Shown: in pieces, positions 57,662 to 64,000 of the stretch
Numbering within the stretch: position 1 is the stretch's first letter
Layout of the letters: the number at the start of each line of letters is the position of its first letter
Assembly: GCA_045220575.1 (NCBI GenBank)
Contig: JBGUVX010000032.1
Coordinates: 4,055-68,054 of the forward strand
Source: Bacteroidaceae bacterium
Lineage (GTDB): Bacteria > Bacteroidota > Bacteroidia > Bacteroidales > Bacteroidaceae
Reading direction: 5' to 3'
Length of the DNA: 64,000 nucleotides
Notes under the pieces: model-generated
Database searches by the model: none
Told to the model about the DNA's origin: nothing
The model's input: the letters and a program-made list of their open reading frames with translations, nothing else
Position numbers and translations under genes: made by a program

Positions 57662-59698
57662 ATGATATATGATATGAAAGGAAAGGGATTATTGTGTTTG
57701 GTGATGCTGATGGGCATCCTGACGGGAGGGAGCGCCCGTGCCGAAGAGACGGAAAAACCGTTTTGGACCTTGAACGACGAGGGAGGGATTACATGGACAA
57801 ACGATGGAAGGGCGCATAGCGACCACATCGAGATGTCGGGCAAGCGGATGTCGGTGGTGCTGCACTATGGCATAGCACCCGAGGGGAACTTCACCTGCGA
57901 ACGTCATTTGGTGTTTCCCATGCTCAGAACTATCCCCAACGACACGCACGCCAGCTTCATCCGCTACGTCAACTGGAATCCGCTGGAGAGTGTGCTCATC
58001 GGGCAGAGCCGCTTGACGAACCGCAAGGAGCGGGTGGAAAAGATTTCCCTGCAGGAGGGCGCGATGGTGGTAGAAAGCCACTTTGGCAACATCAGCGTCA
58101 GCCGCAGGCTGAGTCCTTCGCCAACATTGCCCGCGCTGGTAGAGCTGTACGCGCTGACGAATACGGGCGACCGCACCTTGTCCGTCAGCATCGAACCCAC
58201 GGAACACCGCATAACGAGCGATGCCTCCAAAGGCGTGGACGGAGCCTACGTAGTGGAGTCCAGGCTTTACGATACAGGCACTTTCCAGTTGAAGCCCAAA
58301 GAGAGCCTGACCTTCTCGTCAGTAGTCAGCGCCCGCAGGCAAAGCGAACAGCCGCTGACCTGTGATGCTTCAGCAGAGATGGCAGCCCGACGGGAATTAG
58401 TGGAAAGCTGGCAAAAGAATCTGGTGCTACAGACGCCAGACCCCGTGCTCGACCGCATGTTCGCCTTCTCCAAGATTCGTGCCTGCGAGAGCATCTACGA
58501 GACCAAGAACGGCCCCATGCACGGGCCAGGCGGCGAACGCTACTATGCTGCCATCTGGGCTAACGACCAGGCGGAATATGCCAATCCCTTCTTCCCCTTC
58601 ATCGGCGACGAATATGCCAACGCATCAGCTATGAACTCGTGGCGGATGTTTGCTGCGTGGATGAACGATGAATGGAAACCCATACCCAGCAGCATCATTG
58701 CCGAAGGCACGGACTACTGGAACGGCGCAGGCGACCGCGGCGATGCTGCCATGATTGCCTACGGTGCCTCACGCTATGCACTGGCTCGTGGCAACCTTGA
58801 GGAAGCCCGACAACTGTGGCCTCTCATCCAGTGGACACTGGAATACTGCCACCGGCAGTTGAACGAGGCTGGTGTGGTGCGCTCCGACCGCGACGAACTG
58901 GAGGGACGTTTCCCCAGCGGCAATGCCAACCTCTGCACCTCCTCGCTGTACTACGACGCCCTGCTCTCTGCCGCCTATCTGGCACGCGACCTGAAGCAGC
59001 CGGCAACTGTAGCGAAGAGCTATGAACGGCAGGCCCGCGAGTTGCGCACGGCTATGGACCAATACTTCCACGCCGAGGTGGAGGGTTTCGACACCTATCG
59101 CTACTACGAAGGTAACGATGTACTGCGCTCGTGGATTTGCATCCCCCTGACAATGGGCATCTTCGAGCGGGCAAAGGGAACCATCGACGCACTGTATTCG
59201 CCTCGGTTGTGGACGAAGGACGGCATGCTGACACAGGCTGGCAGCGAGACCTTCTGGGACCGCTCCACACTCTACGCCCTACGCGGAGCACTGATGGCCG
59301 GCGACACGGAGCGCACGCTGAGGTTCCTACAATATTATTCGCGTACGCGCCTGTTGGGAAGTCATGTGCCCTACGCCATCGAGGCGTGGCCTGAAGGCAA
59401 CCAGCGCCACCTCTCCGCCGAGAGTGCCCTGTACGGTCGCATCATCACGGAAGGACTGTTCGGCATACGCCCCACAGGGCTGCATAGTTTCAGCGTAGCC
59501 CCTCGCCTGCCCAAGGACTGGCCGGAGATGAGTCTGCGCCACATCCGCATCGGCGGCGGCGACTTCGACCTGCGAGTCTATCGCGATGCCAAACAACGCA
59601 TCCGCGTACAACTCATCGAGGGCAACAAGGTGGTGAAGGAGCACATCGGCATGTTACCGAAAGTGTTTGATATTCCCTGCAATCCTGAAAAGCCGTAA
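57662..59698 (+). CDS. Secreted (alpha/alpha)6-barrel-like glycoside hydrolase-family protein (family not assigned)
   Basis: 678 aa. Signal peptide, beta-sandwich N-domain, and a helical-repeat C-domain reminiscent of glucoamylase/debranching-type folds. Confidence 0.55.
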   Translation: MIYDMKGKGLLCLVMLMGILTGGSARAEETEKPFWTLNDEGGITWTNDGRAHSDHIEMSGKRMSVVLHYGIAPEGNFTCERHLVFPMLRTIPNDTHASFIRYVNWNPLESVLIGQSRLTNRKERVEKISLQEGAMVVESHFGNISVSRRLSPSPTLPALVELYALTNTGDRTLSVSIEPTEHRITSDASKGVDGAYVVESRLYDTGTFQLKPKESLTFSSVVSARRQSEQPLTCDASAEMAARRELVESWQKNLVLQTPDPVLDRMFAFSKIRACESIYETKNGPMHGPGGERYYAAIWANDQAEYANPFFPFIGDEYANASAMNSWRMFAAWMNDEWKPIPSSIIAEGTDYWNGAGDRGDAAMIAYGASRYALARGNLEEARQLWPLIQWTLEYCHRQLNEAGVVRSDRDELEGRFPSGNANLCTSSLYYDALLSAAYLARDLKQPATVAKSYERQARELRTAMDQYFHAEVEGFDTYRYYEGNDVLRSWICIPLTMGIFERAKGTIDALYSPRLWTKDGMLTQAGSETFWDRSTLYALRGALMAGDTERTLRFLQYYSRTRLLGSHVPYAIEAWPEGNQRHLSAESALYGRIITEGLFGIRPTGLHSFSVAPRLPKDWPEMSLRHIRIGGGDFDLRVYRDAKQRIRVQLIEGNKVVKEHIGMLPKVFDIPCNPEKP

Positions 59699-59701
59699 AG
59701 A

Positions 59702-60415
59702 TTATTTGCTGAGGAATCTTGTATCGAGAAAAGAGCGGAAGGCATCTTTGTAGAGATCGCCGATGGGCAGGCGGGTGTTGGCATCCAAGATAACGCGGTT
59801 CTTGTCGACCTCCTGTATCTTGTTGAGGTTGACGATATATGAACGGTGGATACGCATGAAGCCGTCGGGCAGGTACTCTTCCATCTTCTTCATCGACAGC
59901 AGGGTGACGATGGGTTTCGGCTCGCCTTCCAGCCAGACCTTCAGATACTCGCTCATGCTCTCGACATAGCGGATGTCGCGGACAGAGACCTTGACGATGC
60001 GTGAATCGGCCTTCAGGAAAATATCGGAACCATCCCCCTCCCCACGCTGTGACGGCTGGGGGGAGAGCCTTTCCCTCAACCGATTTGCCGCCCGCTGGAA
60101 GTCCTGCAGGCCAAAGGGCTTCAGCAGATAATCGACAGCATTCACGCGAAAACCCTCGACAGCGTACTCCGAGTAGGCCGTGGTGAAGACAACGAGGGGC
60201 GGCGAGGCGAGCGACTTCACGAAGTCCATGCCGTTGAGGTCGGGCATGTTGATGTCGCAGAAGATGGCATCGACTGTGTCGTGCTCCAGGAACGAACGGG
60301 CCTCTATGGCGCTCTGGCACTGAGCGGCGAGTTCGAGGAAAGGCACCTTGCTGATGTAGGTGACGAGTTGTCGGAGCGCCAACGGCTCATCGTCAATAGC
60401 CATGCAACGTATCAT
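59702..60415 (-). CDS. LytTR-family response regulator
   Basis: REC domain (MAIDDEPLAL...DINMPDLNG) plus a LytTR domain (IRYVESMSEYLKVWL...HRSYIVNLNKI). The linker LSPQPSQRGEGDGSD is encoded by a C-run/G-run inverted repeat. Confidence 0.9.
   Translation of the reverse strand: MIRCMAIDDEPLALRQLVTYISKVPFLELAAQCQSAIEARSFLEHDTVDAIFCDINMPDLNGMDFVKSLASPPLVVFTTAYSEYAVEGFRVNAVDYLLKPFGLQDFQRAANRLRERLSPQPSQRGEGDGSDIFLKADSRIVKVSVRDIRYVESMSEYLKVWLEGEPKPIVTLLSMKKMEEYLPDGFMRIHRSYIVNLNKIQEVDKNRVILDANTRLPIGDLYKDAFRSFLDTRFLSK
60033..60067. repeat. Solo C-run/G-run inverted repeat in the response-regulator linker
   Basis: TCCCCCTCCCC-N14-GGGGGGAGAG on the + strand. It is read in frame as LSPQPSQRGEGDG on the gene strand. 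Confidence 0.45.
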
Positions 60416-60427
60416 GCGGGTGAAGGA

Positions 60428-61561
60428 TTAAGGGTGGAGGGGAATGACAAGGTTTACGGTAAAGACGCTGGCCTCGTCGTGTATGCTGAGGGTGTAGTTG
60501 TTGCCGTAGAGCAGGTCGAGGCGCTTGCGGACGTTGACAAGCCCCACGCCGCCCTTCTCCTCGTTGGGTTTCTCTGCCTTCGAGTTGCGGCAACGGAACT
60601 GCAGCCTGCCGTCTTCGACAGCCACCTTCACCTCGATGAACGAATCGCGCTGATAGCTGACGCCGTGCTTGAAGGCGTTCTCGATGAAGGTGATGAGGAT
60701 GAGTGGTGGTATCTGGTAATTGGGCGCGTCCATAGGCAGTTCGAGGGTTATCTTCACCTTATCGGTATAGCGCAACTGCATCAGTGCGACATAGTGGCGG
60801 ATGAAATCCAGTTCCTGAGTGAGGGGTACACCTTGTTTGTTGCCCTCATAGAGCACGAAGCGCATCATCTTCGACAGTTCCACAATGGTTTCCTTCGCCT
60901 GTTCCGGGTCGATATCGACGAGGGCGTGGATGTTGTTGAGCGTGTTCATGAAGAAGTGTGGATTAATCTGATAGCGTAGGTACTCCAGCTGCTGCTCCAG
61001 ATTCTCGTGCTCCAACTGTGCCAGCCGCCTGCGGTCGTCGCGGCTACGGAAATAGCCCTTGATGCCCAGATTGGCGCCGAACATCAGTAGCAGCACCACT
61101 ATGGCCATAATGTCGTGCTCGCCGACTATTAGCGGCGGACGGCGGTCTTGTCCGAAACGCGGCGGTTCGGGTCGTTCAGGAAAGTCCGAATCGTGTGAGG
61201 GCTCATGAAACTCGGGTCGATTCATTTCGCGGGAGGGACGCCCGTCGGGTATCTGCGGTCGGCTGTTGCACTGATAGAGCGTGAAGGTGGCAACGATGAC
61301 AGCCATTACGGAAAAGTATGCCGCACGCTTGTGTTTGTGCACCAACAGCGGTGCCAGCAGGAAATTGTGGACGAGGAACAGCAGCAGGTAAATCGCGAAC
61401 TTACGCCACACGACGAACACCTCGAACCAGTCGAATACGGCATTGGCATCGCTGGCCATGCGCACATACAAACTCAGCAGCGGGGATGCAAAGAGCAAAC
61501 CCCACACTGCCAAGTATAGCATATTTTCCTGTCGCGACTGGTGTTTCATCAGATGTGTCAT
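60428..61561 (-). CDS. LytS/YehU-type sensor histidine kinase
   Basis: N-terminal TM helices, His_kinase block (LRYQINPHFFMNTLNNIHALV) and a HATPase_c-like C-terminus. Confidence 0.85.
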   Translation of the reverse strand: MTHLMKHQSRQENMLYLAVWGLLFASPLLSLYVRMASDANAVFDWFEVFVVWRKFAIYLLLFLVHNFLLAPLLVHKHKRAAYFSVMAVIVATFTLYQCNSRPQIPDGRPSREMNRPEFHEPSHDSDFPERPEPPRFGQDRRPPLIVGEHDIMAIVVLLLMFGANLGIKGYFRSRDDRRRLAQLEHENLEQQLEYLRYQINPHFFMNTLNNIHALVDIDPEQAKETIVELSKMMRFVLYEGNKQGVPLTQELDFIRHYVALMQLRYTDKVKITLELPMDAPNYQIPPLILITFIENAFKHGVSYQRDSFIEVKVAVEDGRLQFRCRNSKAEKPNEEKGGVGLVNVRKRLDLLYGNNYTLSIHDEASVFTVNLVIPLHP

Positions 61562-61628
61562 TTCAATTTTTTGAAGTTCTTGCTAGCAAGCGTCTCTTCG
61601 AGCCGAGCGAATGAGCTTTACTCCATCT

Positions 61629-61657
61629 CCTCCCCTCGGGGAGGTCGGGAGGGGGCT
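61629..61657. repeat. Intergenic copy of the C-run/G-run palindrome end motif
   Basis: CCTCCCCTCGGGGAGGTCGGGAGGGGGCT. Compare 16387-16416, CTCCCCATTATGGGGAGCAGGAGGGGGCT. Confidence 0.7.
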
Positions 61658-61675
61658 GTTTCTCATTTTCGAGTC

Positions 61676-63619
61676 TTACCACCAAGGGCCTCCACCACCG
61701 CCGGGGCCTCCGCCGCCTCCGCTGTTACCTGTGTAGGAGGAGAGGCTGACGGACGAGCCGCTGCTGACGGTGGGACTGATGTTGCCCATGCCGCCGAAGA
61801 TGCTTGTGCCGCCCGTGACGGTGACGCCAGACTTCAGCGTGGGTTGCGATGCACCGCTGACAACGATTCCGCTGCCGCCGCTCGACGGGGTCTTGAAGGC
61901 GAAAACGTCAGAGCCGACGGTGATGCTGTACCAAGTGCTCTTGCTCCACGACGAGGACTGATAGCAGCTCTGTGTGAGGCTGCTGCCGTTCTCCAGGCCG
62001 CCAATGGCGATGATGGTGCCGCCCGTGACGTAGAGTTTGTAGCCGCCCTCGGTATTGGCATCGAGGCCCACTTCCGGCGAACCCTTGCAGATGGCATAGA
62101 CGAGGCCGCCCTTGATGTACATGTTGCCGTTGGAGTCGAGGCCGTCGTTGCCCGTTGAGTAGCCCATGACGTAGCCGCCGCTGACGGTGAGGTGACTGGC
62201 CGCGTTGATGGCATCGTCGCTGGCCTGAACGGAAACCTGTCCGCCACTGATGTCAATGGTTCCCTTCGATTCCAGTCCCTCGTGGTTTGCCGAGTAGACG
62301 GAGAGCGTGCCGCCCGTGATGACGATGTTGCCGTCGGCCTTCACGCCCTTGGCATATTTGTGGCTGGAGCTCGAACTGCCGCCGCCACCGGGCCGTGCGC
62401 CGCCACCGCTGGACGAACCGTAGTTCGAACCTTCGGCACGAGCTGTGATGTTGCCTCCGCTGATGGTAAGGGTTCCGTCGGAGTTGATAGCACGTCCGCC
62501 CTGTCCGCTGTTGGTCAGCGTCAGTGTGCCGCCAGCGATGTTTATGGCCTTGTCGCTTTTCAGGCAGGCACTGGCCGAGAGGTCTGAGGAGTTGGTCGTA
62601 TCCACGCCACCCTTGTTCGTCACCTTGACGACTGTCTCGCTGCTGCTTTCGTTTATGAAGAGTTCGCCCGTGGCCTTGATGCCCTTCGAGGCCGTTGCCG
62701 TTGTGCTCACGTTGAGCGTGCCGCCCTGGATGTAGATGTTGCCGCTGTCCTCATCGTCGTGGTCGGTGGTCTCGCCCGTCGAGGTGTCGCCGTCCAGGTC
62801 GCACTGGATGCCGTCGTCGCCCACGCCGCTGATGCTCACCGTGCCGCTTTCCATCAGGAAGTATTCGTTGCACGAGATGCCGTCGCCCACGGCCTTCGTG
62901 ATGTTCAGCACGAGGTTCTTCACGGCGATGTAGTCACCGCTCTTGATGCCGTGCTTCGTGTTGCCCACGATGTTCAGCGTGCCGTTGCCCTGCAGTTGCA
63001 ACTGTCCCTTGCTGTAGATGCAGGCCTTCTGCTCGCCGCTGGCGCCGTCCGTCAGCGTGTTCACGGTGTTCTTCTTCGCACTCAGTTGTATGCGCTTGCC
63101 GTTCGTTATGCTGATGGCAGCGCCGCTGGGGTTGGTCAGCGTCAGGCCGCCCAGCGCGATGCTGCACTTGTAGGAACCCGTGAGGGAGAACTCGCCGTCG
63201 GTGGTCGTGCCGCTCAGGGTGTAGGTTATCTCGTCGTCGTCCACAGCTTCAGTATTCGTCTGGGCGATGCTGACGTGCGCTCCGCTGACGGTTGGCGTGA
63301 CGTACTGAGCCACATTGCCTGCCACCGTCACCGTTGCCGATGCGCCGTCGTAGGTCACCGTCACTGCGTTGTCCTTCACCGTTGTGTTGTCAACATCCAT
63401 TGCATCCACCTCGCTGAGTGCGAAGGTCCTGCCCATGATGGTCACCGACTCACCGTTGTTGTAGGGCATTTCGCCCGTTTTCGAGGCGGGGAACTGGTAA
63501 ACCACATTTCCCGTGCGGACGTTCAATGTCTGCGCCCCCGCTGTCAGTGTCAGCACGAGGGCTATAAAAAGAACAAATATCTTTTTACCCATTAGGAGAA
63601 AAATCATCGAATCCTTCAT
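61676..63619 (-). CDS. Cthe_2159-type beta-helix 'carbohydrate-binding domain' protein with a Gly/Pro-rich C-terminus
   Basis: 647 aa. Signal peptide, repeated GGT(L/I)x(V/I) and GxGTLNI coils, ending ...GNSGGGGGPGGGGGPWW. ATGA overlap with the upstream small gene. Confidence 0.7.
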   Translation of the reverse strand: MKDSMIFLLMGKKIFVLFIALVLTLTAGAQTLNVRTGNVVYQFPASKTGEMPYNNGESVTIMGRTFALSEVDAMDVDNTTVKDNAVTVTYDGASATVTVAGNVAQYVTPTVSGAHVSIAQTNTEAVDDDEITYTLSGTTTDGEFSLTGSYKCSIALGGLTLTNPSGAAISITNGKRIQLSAKKNTVNTLTDGASGEQKACIYSKGQLQLQGNGTLNIVGNTKHGIKSGDYIAVKNLVLNITKAVGDGISCNEYFLMESGTVSISGVGDDGIQCDLDGDTSTGETTDHDDEDSGNIYIQGGTLNVSTTATASKGIKATGELFINESSSETVVKVTNKGGVDTTNSSDLSASACLKSDKAINIAGGTLTLTNSGQGGRAINSDGTLTISGGNITARAEGSNYGSSSGGGARPGGGGSSSSSHKYAKGVKADGNIVITGGTLSVYSANHEGLESKGTIDISGGQVSVQASDDAINAASHLTVSGGYVMGYSTGNDGLDSNGNMYIKGGLVYAICKGSPEVGLDANTEGGYKLYVTGGTIIAIGGLENGSSLTQSCYQSSSWSKSTWYSITVGSDVFAFKTPSSGGSGIVVSGASQPTLKSGVTVTGGTSIFGGMGNISPTVSSGSSVSLSSYTGNSGGGGGPGGGGGPWW

Positions 63620-63993
63620 CTTACTACTATTTTATAGGTCTTTTCTTTTGTCTTCACGATGTACACACCATGAGGTAATTTACCATTTGACAATTTACTA
63701 TTTACAATTTTCTTTCCGCTGAGGTCGTAGATAGAATCGTCCGATTCTAAATCGTCCAATTGTCCAATTGTCTCAATACCCGTAGTCTCGTCGGCATCCG
63801 AGAAGTACATCTTGGCAAGGTTCACGAGGGTGAACGACTGCGAACCAGCCTTCAGCGTGGTCCCGCTGATGCTCAGCGACAGCGACTCAACAGGCACAGA
63901 CACCCGTGCCCCGTCCGTAGTCTCAAAGGTCAGGTAGGGAAAGCCCTCGGCATTTACCGCGATTGCTCCCACAGACATGAGCAACGTTAACAT
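63616..63993 (-). CDS. Small secreted protein with a T9SS-like tail (paralogue of 33491-33847)
   Basis: 125 aa. PYLTFETTDGARVSVPVESLSLSI...LAKMYFSD module; tail IYDLSGKKIVNSKLSNGKLPHGVYIVKTKEKTYKIVVR. The ATG lies 7 nt from the window end. Confidence 0.65.
   Translation of the reverse strand: MLTLLMSVGAIAVNAEGFPYLTFETTDGARVSVPVESLSLSISGTTLKAGSQSFTLVNLAKMYFSDADETTGIETIGQLDDLESDDSIYDLSGKKIVNSKLSNGKLPHGVYIVKTKEKTYKIVVR
63676..63717. repeat. Heptamer tract inside the T9SS tail of 63616-63993
   Basis: TAATTTA CCATTTG ACAATTT ACTATTT ACAATTT TCTTTCC. It encodes KIVNSKLSNGKLP on the minus strand. Confidence 0.7.
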
Positions 63994-64000
63994 AAGTTTT

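Noticed and set aside
62759-63595. 278-aa + strand ORF, with other + ORFs between 61541 and 62933
   Set aside because: They are antisense or alternate frames of the 647-aa Cthe_2159-type gene.

Overview
This is a 64-kb chromosomal window from a Bacteroidota genome, probably Prevotella/Segatella-like. That inference rests on TAnnTTTG -7 promoter boxes in front of many genes, several T9SS-type C-terminal sorting tails, a fused FeoA-FeoB, and GC that looks mid-50s% by eye. I call about 53 protein-coding genes and saw no rRNA, tRNA or CRISPR array. All family names come from motifs I recognise in the translations; no database search was possible.

Housekeeping genes: feoAB, pnp, class I fumarate hydratase, xerD, rsgA, frr, comM/yifB, folK, queA, truB, uppP, ftsX, a succinate/acetate CoA-transferase, pyrH and birA.

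Glycan and secreted functions: a GH29 fucosidase, a GH2 beta-galactosidase, SGNH esterases, an M6 metalloprotease, and two Cthe_2159-type beta-helix proteins.

Six things deserve a second look:
1. A tightly packed six-gene minus-strand operon (1801-8969). It is led by a YdjI-type SPFH/zinc-ribbon protein and has five partners I cannot place in any family, including a tandem paralogue pair and a beta-helix repeat protein.
2. A low-GC DUF559 (Vsr-like endonuclease) cassette, bounded by C-run/G-run palindromes, sits in frame inside birA. Cargo-less or solo copies of the same palindromes occur in two other genes and one intergenic spacer.
3. At least 14 tracts with strict 7-nt periodicity lie at gene junctions, sometimes as inverted pairs. 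Three are embedded in frame in coding sequence (feoAB linker, rsgA, a T9SS tail).
4. Three upstream regions carry helically phased 22-23-bp arrays of different palindromic cores. All three also share an ACGTG-containing unit.
5. A low-GC islet holds a dinD cassette flanked by 59-bp direct repeats.
6. A VTC-DUF4956-beta-barrel-Cthe_2159 cluster has a second Cthe_2159 locus next to a LytS/LytTR two-component pair.
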